This document shows, one piece after another, positions 16,137 to 25,798 of a DNA stretch of 64,000 bases (its first letter is position 1; every line of letters begins with the position of its first letter). The translations under genes and the position numbers were made by a program. The stretch covers positions 1-64,000 of the IMG/VR virus record IMGVR_UViG_3300037010_002878. The stretch is one strand, 5' to 3'. The notes below the pieces were generated by a model. The model searched no databases and was not told where the DNA came from. It saw nothing but the letters and a program-made list of their open reading frames with translations. This DNA is from an uncultured virus (IMG/VR IMGVR_UViG_3300037010_002878) (lineage: Duplodnaviria; Heunggongvirae; Uroviricota; Caudoviricetes).

Positions 16137-16778
16137 TTAATTCACCGTAATATATTTAACTAACCAAATAGAATCTTCACTGGCCAATGTAGCTTTTAAT
16201 TTGAAAGTCTGTTCAGAACCTTTATTGTTCTTAATAGTGAAGCTTCCTCTCTCAGATAAATTTATTTTTAATTTAACTTTTCCGTTTATCTCTGCATTTT
16301 CTGGAGTTTTATCTTGCATTTTTATATAAATGTTTTCATAATGTTTTATACTATCAATAGGGTCGTCTATAAAGTAGTTAAATTTATAAACAGTTTCCCC
16401 TTCATTTAAACTCCATTTAGAAGTTAGTTCATTGAAAAAACAATTAGAACCAGATATATCTATTCTAACCAAACCTAAAACTTTTTTATCAAAATCATAA
16501 ACTGGAAAACTATCTAAAAAATCATCTATACACATAACAGCTAGTCTGTAAGTGTCATAATCTACTTTTCCCAAATGAACTGCTACCATATTCGGAACAT
16601 TAATATCTTCTAATGCATAATCTGAATAATGATACCCTTTAACTATATTAGATTTAGCATCAATCAATAAAGTCAAGAATTTTTCAGTATCGTATTTAGA
16701 GAAAACCTCCATTTTGTTTTTATCAAATATTTTTTGATATGCATTTCTTTCTTCTTGGGTTAAATAATGTTTAATCAT
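16137..16778 (-). CDS. Hypothetical protein
   Basis: 213-aa ORF coupled to the U32 gene. Confidence 0.7.
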   Translation of the reverse strand: MIKHYLTQEERNAYQKIFDKNKMEVFSKYDTEKFLTLLIDAKSNIVKGYHYSDYALEDINVPNMVAVHLGKVDYDTYRLAVMCIDDFLDSFPVYDFDKKVLGLVRIDISGSNCFFNELTSKWSLNEGETVYKFNYFIDDPIDSIKHYENIYIKMQDKTPENAEINGKVKLKINLSERGSFTIKNNKGSEQTFKLKATLASEDSIWLVKYITVN

Positions 16779-17748
16779 TTTTCAAAACTTCCTTAGCTAT
16801 AGTTTTATATATTATATCACAATAATTACATTCATGACATTTATTTTTACAATTTCTTGTTTTCTCATAGAAATTATGGTCATTTAAATGATGAGTGAAT
16901 ATTCTTTTGTAAATTCCGTTTGGGTTAGTATCTACTAAATTAAAAATACTTATATTTAAGTTATCAAAAAAGTAAGCTTTTATTCTATCAAAAACTTCAT
17001 TTAATGGTTTTCCTCTACAAGCTATTTTAAAATAATCTACTCCCATATCTTTATATTTATTTAAAGTACCTGGAATTACAAATGGTGATTTTAATGTTAT
17101 AGATGGATTAAGATCAAAATCCCCTCCACATGACAATCTGGAAATTTTGTTTACAACAGAATTAAGATTATTTGAAATGCTTTCATCACATGCTGATTTA
17201 TAAGGACAATTTGGAATACAACCTTCATTTAACAAAATAGTAGTTTTAATGTTATTAAGTTTACAATAATCAATTATTTTTAATAATTCATCTTCATTTC
17301 TATTTAAAGATCTATCTAACATAATAGAATTTATATTGAAAAATGTATGATATGTAATGACATCTTCTAAGGTTTTTAATTTATTATTAACAGAATTTTT
17401 TATTTCAATATTTTCTGATAATCCTCGATTTTTTAACTCTTTCAATAAAATGGTGTTATTAATTGTTAAAATATCTATAGGTAACATTCCGATAATATTT
17501 ATCAAAGCATCTACATTTTCGTCCAAATAAATTTGCTGATTGTATGTGTAACCATTCATTACTAAATGTAACTTCACATTATTGAACTTAATTTTTATCA
17601 ATTCATTAAGCATTTCTTGAGAGAATTCCTGAATTCTAGCAGAATTAGTTAAATGATGATTTATTGAGAAATAAACATCATTGACTAAATCATAACCTAT
17701 TATATCAAAAATTTCTGAAATTCCTGATGTATATCCAACACTGAACAT
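16771..17748 (-). CDS. Peptidase U32-family (Fe-S hydroxylase-like) protein
   Basis: LDRSLNR, LLNEGCIPNCPY, GVDYFKIACR, C-terminal CKNKCHECNYC. Confidence 0.8.
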   Translation of the reverse strand: MFSVGYTSGISEIFDIIGYDLVNDVYFSINHHLTNSARIQEFSQEMLNELIKIKFNNVKLHLVMNGYTYNQQIYLDENVDALINIIGMLPIDILTINNTILLKELKNRGLSENIEIKNSVNNKLKTLEDVITYHTFFNINSIMLDRSLNRNEDELLKIIDYCKLNNIKTTILLNEGCIPNCPYKSACDESISNNLNSVVNKISRLSCGGDFDLNPSITLKSPFVIPGTLNKYKDMGVDYFKIACRGKPLNEVFDRIKAYFFDNLNISIFNLVDTNPNGIYKRIFTHHLNDHNFYEKTRNCKNKCHECNYCDIIYKTIAKEVLKND

Positions 17749-17757
17749 TATTTTCCT

Positions 17758-18216
17758 TTATGGGTGTCTTGCAGTAACTGCAATTGTATAAGATAATGAG
17801 GCTTGTCTTGCTCTATAACCTGTAGCGGCTGTAGCTGTTATTGTAACGATTCCAGTAGATCCGAAAACCTGTGAAGAAAACGATGGATTTCCAACTACAG
17901 TATTTGAATATCCTTGAGTAGCTTCGGTTGATCCAGTAGAAGTGACTATCATTGAGTAAACCCAATCAGGACCGCTTGTACCAGTGATTGCAGCCAAATT
18001 GTGTGAATAAGTTCCGGGGGTTAATTGACCTACCGATGAGACAGTTCCGTATTTTACGTCGGCTGCTCTAGCTGCCCTCGATGCCTCTTGGGCTGCCTGA
18101 GCAGCCGCAGCATTTGCTCCGTTTATCATAGAAACTAGCTGATTATAATGGTCAGTAGTTAAATATCCAGATAGATCTGGCTGCTCTACCCTTTCTAATT
18201 TAGCTTTTGTTGGCAT
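17758..18216 (-). CDS. Hypothetical virion/fibre protein
   Basis: 152 aa; DLSGYLT motif, Ala-rich helix, S/T/G-rich beta C-terminus. Confidence 0.65.
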   Translation of the reverse strand: MPTKAKLERVEQPDLSGYLTTDHYNQLVSMINGANAAAAQAAQEASRAARAADVKYGTVSSVGQLTPGTYSHNLAAITGTSGPDWVYSMIVTSTGSTEATQGYSNTVVGNPSFSSQVFGSTGIVTITATAATGYRARQASLSYTIAVTARHP

Positions 18217-18225
18217 ATTTTCTCC

Positions 18226-19854
18226 TTAAGATTTAGATCTCATAATATATGAAAGAACATAATATGGTGGCATTATATTGATTGGTTGTCCTGCACCTGT
18301 TGTATTTACAACAGTCTTATTTCCAGAAACTCCAGGAGTAACCGGTTTGAGTGTCAATTCATCATATCCATCAGGTGCATTATGCGCGCTAGGTCCTTCT
18401 TGCCCCATTAACAATTCATGATTATGGGGAGGTAAATTGTCTACAGAAATGTTTTTATTTACACTTCCACCGGCTTGCCCAAAAACAAAATTATCAGCAC
18501 CTATGAATCCTTCACCTAAAATAAATCTACCTCTAAGGTCCGGTGTTTGATTAGAGCCATCACAAAGATACCAATATGGAGCCAAGTTAGCTAACTCTAT
18601 AGCTGTACCTGAAAAAGATATAATACCACCGGGAGGAACTAAGAAATTATTAACTTCAGCTATTTTATTATCGGTGTAAGTATTAGATTTTGTTTGGGTT
18701 GAATCTACATATTGTTTATTAGTTAAATCTGAATCTGTTGTTGGTAATACTGAACATTTCAAAATACCCGACATTTCATCGCCAGTTTGTTTAACATAAA
18801 TTGGATCTAAAATTGCAGTTAATGCACCCTCTTCTAAAAACAAAATAGTTATTCGCTCACCTATGAAACGATTAGTTGTCCAAATAATAACGCTTCCGCT
18901 TAATGTATAATCCACACCTTCATACATCAAAACAGATCCAGAATAAATCATAACTTTTCCAGATTCCATAGTCACACCAACTGATGTACTAGCTTCTTGT
19001 CCTGCCACTATAACTTTATCAATTTTTTTAATAATATTATTGCTTCCATTTGCTATAACATTTTGAAGCTCTGTATCTACATATCCTTTAGTTGCAGCGT
19101 GTGTAGCTAAAACTGGAGTAGATACATTAAATACTTTAGAACTGTTTCCATTTATAGCTGCATAATTTAACAATTTATTATCAAAATCTTTTCCTAAATC
19201 ATCTACATATGATTTAGGAGTAGCATGTGTGCTTGCTGTTGGAACCGCAACATTAAAATTTATAAGATTGCTTCCATTTACAGCAGCTCTTGTATCCAGT
19301 TGAACCAAAGCCCACTGTCGAGTTACTGCAGATAATGCATTATCACTGTCTTTAACTAAAAATAACTCTTGTGGATTTCCATTTATATTTGCTTTTAATC
19401 TATCTAAACCATTTATAGCAGCAAAAACATTTGCAGGTCTTTCAGTATAAAGGATTTGATTTTGTAATTGCTTTAAAGTCCAAATAGTATCATCTTCTGT
19501 TTGTGGATCTTTATCTTGTATGATATATCTATTATATGCTATTTGGTCTGCATCAATATCAATGGGCACAATTTCCCATTCTTCTGGATTAAAATCGGGT
19601 TGTCTACCTGTGTTATCTTTTACACAAACATAATATATTCCTGAAAATTGAATTAAATCCCCTAAATAATATTCAGTGGTTTCCGACCACTCAGCTGGAC
19701 GTTCCCCGAAGATTAAATTCATTCTTCGGTTCATATCAAGTTGTTCATTTTTCAAAACAAGGATAGATTTGTTTATGTTTTGTTCTGAAGCCCATTCACC
19801 ATTTTTTGCCAATAGTGATATGAACTCAGCTTCTGTAGTTAAATATCTAGTCAT
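18226..19854 (-). CDS. Tail fibre protein with carbohydrate-binding-like N-domain and tail collar domain
   Basis: WSETTEYYLGDLIQFSGIYYVC motif; HAATKGYVD repeats; PPGGIISFSG...WYLCDG..TPDLRGRFILG...MPPYYVL. Confidence 0.85.
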   Translation of the reverse strand: MTRYLTTEAEFISLLAKNGEWASEQNINKSILVLKNEQLDMNRRMNLIFGERPAEWSETTEYYLGDLIQFSGIYYVCVKDNTGRQPDFNPEEWEIVPIDIDADQIAYNRYIIQDKDPQTEDDTIWTLKQLQNQILYTERPANVFAAINGLDRLKANINGNPQELFLVKDSDNALSAVTRQWALVQLDTRAAVNGSNLINFNVAVPTASTHATPKSYVDDLGKDFDNKLLNYAAINGNSSKVFNVSTPVLATHAATKGYVDTELQNVIANGSNNIIKKIDKVIVAGQEASTSVGVTMESGKVMIYSGSVLMYEGVDYTLSGSVIIWTTNRFIGERITILFLEEGALTAILDPIYVKQTGDEMSGILKCSVLPTTDSDLTNKQYVDSTQTKSNTYTDNKIAEVNNFLVPPGGIISFSGTAIELANLAPYWYLCDGSNQTPDLRGRFILGEGFIGADNFVFGQAGGSVNKNISVDNLPPHNHELLMGQEGPSAHNAPDGYDELTLKPVTPGVSGNKTVVNTTGAGQPINIMPPYYVLSYIMRSKS

Positions 19855-20213
19855 TATTTAATCTCCTTACTTGCAGATATTGCATTTCTGGCATCTTGTC
19901 TTTTTTGTAACAATGCAATATATTCCGATTCTGTTAAATCTGGAGTTATTCCCAAATCCAATTGATCTCGATATTTTATTACTTTATAATCTGTAGCATT
20001 CAAGAAAATTGTATTTTCATCTAAAGGTTTCAATTCTTCATTTACGGTCACTGTTTGCAACTGTATAGATCTTTTTTGTAGTTCATCATTAATTACTATA
20101 TAATCACGAGGATCTATTTCCTCATCAATTTTTAATTGTTTTGCTCCGTCAACTACAATTTCAATTTCTGCCATAGAAACTATGTCACCATTTGGTTTAT
20201 AATAAATGTACAT
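19854..20213 (-). CDS. Tail-fibre assembly chaperone-like protein
   Basis: FLNATDYKVIKYRDQ...RQDAR C-terminal motif. Confidence 0.7.
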   Translation of the reverse strand: MYIYYKPNGDIVSMAEIEIVVDGAKQLKIDEEIDPRDYIVINDELQKRSIQLQTVTVNEELKPLDENTIFLNATDYKVIKYRDQLDLGITPDLTESEYIALLQKRQDARNAISASKEIK

Positions 20214-20222
20214 ATTTTCTCC

Positions 20223-21278
20223 TTATTTCCAAAACATTATTTTTACATAACCTGAACTATAACGATTGTTTGCGTTCGTATAAACTCCACCATCTCCCGT
20301 TCTTATCCAGTAATGTATATTATCGTAAGACTCTACCAATGTATAACAATTGGCGCCATAACCATTCCAACCGTACCACCAATACCACCAATAATTATTA
20401 GCAGTTGTTTGAATATGTGGTATAGTAAACACTTGTTTAGTATCTGAATTTGAATTATCATGTGAAAAAACTATTTGATAAAAACGAGGTCTAATTCCTA
20501 AATTATGTGGTATTGAAAAAGTATTACCACCAGATACATATATCCACGGAGATTCATAATCTGCAACTAAATCAATATTAGCCCCTGATATTGTTCCTGA
20601 AGAATCAATAACTTTATGCCCCCCTATAGATAATCCAGTACTATCCAATTGAGATGTACCTGCAGTAATTATAGGTGCTGAAATGTTTTGAGCTCTAACT
20701 TGGTCACCGATATAAACTTTAGGCATACTAGAAAATAAAACCATTTCATCTTGAGGTCCTTGACCTTCTTGCCATTTACCGAAACTAAATAAATCAGAGT
20801 TGATGTATAAACCTACTCCTTTAGTATTTACGCCATTATATGGACGAATTGTAAAATCATTCGTAGGTGAATCTAATTTTATTCCTAATCCAACCACTTT
20901 CAAAAACCCATTAGATGTTACTACAGTATCAGCAGATACAGCTTGAATTTTATTTGTGGTACTCAATGTTAATGTTCCGGTTATTTCAACATCACCAGTT
21001 ATCTTGCCACCAGTTTTTGCATAATAATCGTGAGGTAATTGGCTATGATTGAATGCAATCTGACCATAATCTCCTCTAAAAGCAGTAGAGCTAGTATTCC
21101 CTAATTTAATGTTTTCAATCCAGGTTTTATTACCATTAATATCTGAAGTTAAAACTAGCCCGGATTTTTCCGGAAAAGGAATTCTATCTTCTTTTCCTTG
21201 ATTGAGCTGAATAAGAGGAGTGTTGAAATTGTCTGGGCGTTTATCGCCTTCTTTTAAAAGAGATATGTTAATCGGCAT
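20223..21278 (-). CDS. Tail fibre protein
   Basis: LGNTSSTAFRGDYG, KTGGKITGD, YESPW...IPHNLG.RP tip domain; late promoter at 21304-21311. Confidence 0.8.
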   Translation of the reverse strand: MPINISLLKEGDKRPDNFNTPLIQLNQGKEDRIPFPEKSGLVLTSDINGNKTWIENIKLGNTSSTAFRGDYGQIAFNHSQLPHDYYAKTGGKITGDVEITGTLTLSTTNKIQAVSADTVVTSNGFLKVVGLGIKLDSPTNDFTIRPYNGVNTKGVGLYINSDLFSFGKWQEGQGPQDEMVLFSSMPKVYIGDQVRAQNISAPIITAGTSQLDSTGLSIGGHKVIDSSGTISGANIDLVADYESPWIYVSGGNTFSIPHNLGIRPRFYQIVFSHDNSNSDTKQVFTIPHIQTTANNYWWYWWYGWNGYGANCYTLVESYDNIHYWIRTGDGGVYTNANNRYSSGYVKIMFWK

Positions 21279-21306
21279 TATTTTTCCTATTATCTAATTA
21301 ATATAT

Positions 21307-22935
21307 TTATAGGAAATATTTTATAGTGCCACAATCCCAATATCTATCCATATCCATTATTTAGCATATTTTCATATTCCGTTAACTCAGAATCAAACAC
21401 TTCAAGTAATTTTTTTTAGTTTATGTTTCATAAATGTAGATCTATGAAAAACCTCTCCATCTTTAAAATACCAATAAGATGGAGGAGTTATTTCCGATTT
21501 CTTAGAAAACTCCTCATAAACTTTTTTCCCAGGATTTCTAGATATATCAGCATAAGATATTATATTTTCTGATTCATAATTTAATTTAAAATATGATAAA
21601 AATTTACTAAACATTCCTGGGATATGGAAATCTAATAAAGTGCAAAATCTAGATAGTTCAATCTCTCCGGATTTATATGAGGATTTCTTGAATGTCATTA
21701 CGGACACCAGCTCATCTTTTAAATAAGCCCCTAACTTTACAGATGATATATCTTTTCCTTGGATATGATTATTTTCTAAAAATTCGTTTTTGATATTATT
21801 AGGTATTTCTTTTATAGTGACTTGACGGGCATAACATTTTGTAGATAATTTTTTTAATTTAGACTTAATTATATTTAACTATTTCTTGTTTATTCAACCA
21901 ATGATGTTCAAATATATGAAATAATGTTATTCCCAATTCTTCACTTATTTTCTGTTTGTTTAAATGGTAATTTTTGTCTTTTCCCATAGATTCTGAATGC
22001 CAATATAATCCATTATATTCAAAACCTATATTTAACTCAGGTATAAAAATATCTATTTCATTTACACCTGGCAATCTTTTAGCTTCAGTTCTAAAACCTA
22101 AAGATTCTATAAATTCTTTAACTTCTAATTCAGCATACGATGTCCCGTATGGTTTTGGATTACACATCTTGCATGGATTATAGGTTACATTCTTTAATGA
22201 ATGAGTAAATACATTTTTGCAAGTTTGGCAATGAAGTTCATAAGGAAAAAAATTATTAGATAGCAATATATTGTGATCTAGTAGTTTATTTTTCTGTCTA
22301 TCTATAAAAGCTTGTTGTTTAATATATAAATGTTCAGTTGTAAAACCCTCGGGAGGGGTAGTTAAATTATTTTTCAGGCAATATTTTAATTCAGATATAT
22401 TTAAAGATTTATTATATGGTATATTCAATAAATCCAATAAATTATGTAGATATTTTGAACTAACCTTATCAATCTCAAGAAAACTCCTATCAAGTGAATA
22501 TTTTTCAATAACCTTACACAAAAAATTAGTACATCTGTGCTTATTTTCTTTTCTAACATAAACTAATTGTTTTCCGCAATATCTACATACATTAGATTCT
22601 TTTCTTAAAATGGATTCTTCGTGTTTCTTTGAATTTGATTTTAATAGATTATTGGTACAAGTGCGCTGACATTCATTTGAGCAATATGTTTTGAATTTGT
22701 TATTTCTATCAGGTGAAACTAGATTATTGCACGAGGGATTATTGCAAAATTGTGGTTCGTGTAAATCTAATTTTATATAAAATAATCTAGTACGTGAGGG
22801 GGTATTGTTAGGGAGAAATGGAGTTAGATTTTTTAACTCCATCTCAAATGTAGTATATTTAGATGTGTCTTGGGTACATCTTTTAGAAATGTCACCATCT
22901 GGGTAAAATTGTTTTAATAATTCTAATCTATCCAT
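21307..22935 (-). pseudogene. Hef-like homing endonuclease, frameshifted (ORFs 21865-22935 and 21402-21707 are fragments)
   Basis: EIDIFIPELNIGFEYNGLYWHS continues in another frame as IIKSKL..YARQ..FLENNHIQG..ELVSVMTF, then after further shifts as ELTEYENML..DRYWDCG. Frameshifts near 21875, 21412 and 21350. Confidence 0.8.
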
Positions 22936-22979
22936 ATATGTTATAATCTTTTTATTATTATAACATATATATGCTTAAT

Positions 22980-23597
22980 TTAAAATATAATTTTCCAAAC
23001 AATTACTAATTTTACAGTATCTTCCTTAACTCTTGCTGGGAAACATTTCATTGAAAACAAATCAACATCTCCACCAGCAACTGATACTAATCCTGCTTCT
23101 GTGTAAGCAACTGGACCTGCTGGATTGTTTGCACTAGTTACAGGAACTGTAATTGTATAAGTAGTTTCTTTTCCAGAAACGCCAATATTAACAACTACAT
23201 CTGAAGTGGTTTCTGAACCATTTACTGTATTAACTACACTTTGAACTGTAGCATTTCCACCCAATGGATTTGGAATAAAATCTACGTACCAGTAAGGAGT
23301 ACCACCTGGAGCTTCTTCTGAATACAATCTTGTTTTAGAAGAATCGAAGCTACCTTCAGTATATGCTCCACCAACTACTTTAGGAGACAATAAATCAGTT
23401 CCTACATGTCCTCTAGTTCCTAAAATGAAACGATTGATGACTTTTCCTACAGCTAATCCAGCAATTAATTCAGCCATATTTTTTCTAGCTGCGTCCATGA
23501 TTAGATTCTTTTCAGAATATTCTTCTATCAATTCATCTTTTTCATTATATGCTTGGACTGTAAAATGTCCTTGAAATTGAATTTTATCTGATAACAT
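22980..23597 (-). CDS. Baseplate-associated structural protein
   Basis: KNLIM..AR...YTEAGL...F.MK.FP.RVK...IVWKI motif of myophage baseplate proteins. Confidence 0.7.
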   Translation of the reverse strand: MLSDKIQFQGHFTVQAYNEKDELIEEYSEKNLIMDAARKNMAELIAGLAVGKVINRFILGTRGHVGTDLLSPKVVGGAYTEGSFDSSKTRLYSEEAPGGTPYWYVDFIPNPLGGNATVQSVVNTVNGSETTSDVVVNIGVSGKETTYTITVPVTSANNPAGPVAYTEAGLVSVAGGDVDLFSMKCFPARVKEDTVKLVIVWKIIF

Positions 23598-23618
23598 TTA
23601 TAGTTTCCTTTTAATTAA

Positions 23619-25787
23619 TTAATTGTATTTATTTAAGATATTATTTAACTCTGTTTGAATAGCTTGTTTGGTTTTTATCATTTCATCACGTTCCAATCTG
23701 AGTTTGGTTCGTTCATATACTCCCCAAATTCCAACTATTTCATTTATTCTCATAGTTATATCTGTGATATCTAAATCTATTTCAGAAATCATTCTTTTAT
23801 AATCGCTAATAATTTCAGAGTCCAAGGTAAGTGCATCACCAATGAAGCTCAAATAATCAACTAAAGAAAATGAACCATCTTGATTTTTAACATAAGTGAA
23901 AATCCCAGCTCCATCTTCTGTGTCTAATGAATCTTCATATCCTAAAGGTTTAGAACCTAAAGCATCTAAACCTAAAGTCATACCATCTGCATTTGACATA
24001 TCAATCAACATCGTAGTTGATACCAATTCATCCGTGATATGACCAGTGTCTGTTAAAAAATGATTATCGGTTTTTTCAATGTTTTCACTTAATATATAAT
24101 CATCTTTTAACGTTTCCCCTTCTACAATGAAGTAAAACTCTTCTCTGCCGCTATAAACTTTGGATAATGCATCTTCAATAGTTTTTATATCTGTTTCATT
24201 GCTAAAAATATCATTTTTCAATGAGCTTATTTTTGCTCTTAATGCAGCACCTGTCAAATTCGGGACGTCTCTGGTATCTTCTTTTTTTCTTGGATCCGAA
24301 CCGCCTAACCATCTTCCTATTCGACGTCTACCAATTCTAGTTGAATAAGTGAATAACAAATCTTTATTTTTTAATAATTCATCTTTTACATCATCAAGAG
24401 CTTTTTGATAGTACTTGATATAATAATCCATATCTACCCAGAACTGCTCTTCATCTTCATTAATTTTTACTGGATCACCTAATTTGAATGTCCCAACATT
24501 TGGACCTACTCCAATGTATTTAGGATTATTCATCCAAATATATTTAGTCATATCTAATGTTTTTGATTCGGTTGGCTCTGGAAATTCTTCTGGTCTGAAT
24601 ATAGAATTATGTGTAACTAAAATTGGCTCTGTATATTCTTTGACATCTTCTAAAGATTTAGTATCATCTATATGATCTACTTTTTCGGTATAATCTCTAA
24701 CAAATTCAATAACAGTAGTTCCATTTCGATGAGAAACTTCATATGCATCTGTCCAATAGCTCCAATGATGATCTATTTTAACATCTTTAGTCAAAACGGT
24801 TATTCTTTTACGGAAAGCATACTCTACATCATAATATTTTTTAGGCCATTTATGAGGTGTTCCGTTTACATCATAATAAATCAGGTCTCCATTAGCTATT
24901 CTATATAAACGTTCTCCGGACATAAAACGTATGTCCAATTCTTCTATTCCATATTCATTCATATTAGAAGAGAATGTTTTTATAGATTGATTAGTTACAT
25001 TTCCAGAAGCATCTAAAACATCAGTCCATTTATAAGTTCTTCCATTTTGTTGTTTTACTACAACATTATATCCGTAATTTTCTACATTAAGGTTGAAATA
25101 ATCAGAAATTAATAATTTCAATACTCTAGTGTAAATCACTTCAAATCCAACTGGATGTACCAAAGGTTTTATAGCTTTATTGAACACTACATTATGAAGA
25201 GAAGATTCTACTTCATATTTCAATACTTCAGCTTCTCCAGTATCTGGGTTTTTGTGGTCAAAAACCTTTATATCTCCAATTGGCGCTATACCAGGATCTA
25301 ATTGTTCATTTTCAATTAAGTTACATAAAAAATCAAATGGTATATTTGTACCTTTTGTTTGAGCTAAATTTTTAGAACATGATATAACTTCTTCATCAAT
25401 GTTTACATTTAACTTGGTTAAATCATACAATGCAGATTTTTCTAGACCTAGTAATCTTGCATATTGTTCTAATTTAGAGTCTATTTCTTTATCATTTTTC
25501 ATGACTTCATAAAAATCTTTTAAATTATTAGTAAAAAGATTTACGAATGCCATTTTTAATTCTATATTTTCTCTTTTGTTAACTGGATAATAACTGAATG
25601 ATGATTTATCTTCAGCTTCATCTTCTTGAATTGCAGTTACTAGATTTGATAGATTAGAAACTTTGGCGTATGAAGTTTCATTAATAAATTCAAGAAATAT
25701 TCTAAATAATTCAGAAACTACTGGATTATTTTCTTTTATATGATCTGGAACTAATGCATTTAAGACTACTTCTAATTCTCTTGTCAT
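23619..25787 (-). CDS. Baseplate wedge protein, gp7-like
   Basis: LVPDHIKE..P...F..FLEF, TKGT, KPLVHPVGF motifs; follows gp6. Confidence 0.7.
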   Translation of the reverse strand: MTRELEVVLNALVPDHIKENNPVVSELFRIFLEFINETSYAKVSNLSNLVTAIQEDEAEDKSSFSYYPVNKRENIELKMAFVNLFTNNLKDFYEVMKNDKEIDSKLEQYARLLGLEKSALYDLTKLNVNIDEEVISCSKNLAQTKGTNIPFDFLCNLIENEQLDPGIAPIGDIKVFDHKNPDTGEAEVLKYEVESSLHNVVFNKAIKPLVHPVGFEVIYTRVLKLLISDYFNLNVENYGYNVVVKQQNGRTYKWTDVLDASGNVTNQSIKTFSSNMNEYGIEELDIRFMSGERLYRIANGDLIYYDVNGTPHKWPKKYYDVEYAFRKRITVLTKDVKIDHHWSYWTDAYEVSHRNGTTVIEFVRDYTEKVDHIDDTKSLEDVKEYTEPILVTHNSIFRPEEFPEPTESKTLDMTKYIWMNNPKYIGVGPNVGTFKLGDPVKINEDEEQFWVDMDYYIKYYQKALDDVKDELLKNKDLLFTYSTRIGRRRIGRWLGGSDPRKKEDTRDVPNLTGAALRAKISSLKNDIFSNETDIKTIEDALSKVYSGREEFYFIVEGETLKDDYILSENIEKTDNHFLTDTGHITDELVSTTMLIDMSNADGMTLGLDALGSKPLGYEDSLDTEDGAGIFTYVKNQDGSFSLVDYLSFIGDALTLDSEIISDYKRMISEIDLDITDITMRINEIVGIWGVYERTKLRLERDEMIKTKQAIQTELNNILNKYN

Positions 25788-25798
25788 TTAATTCCCCC

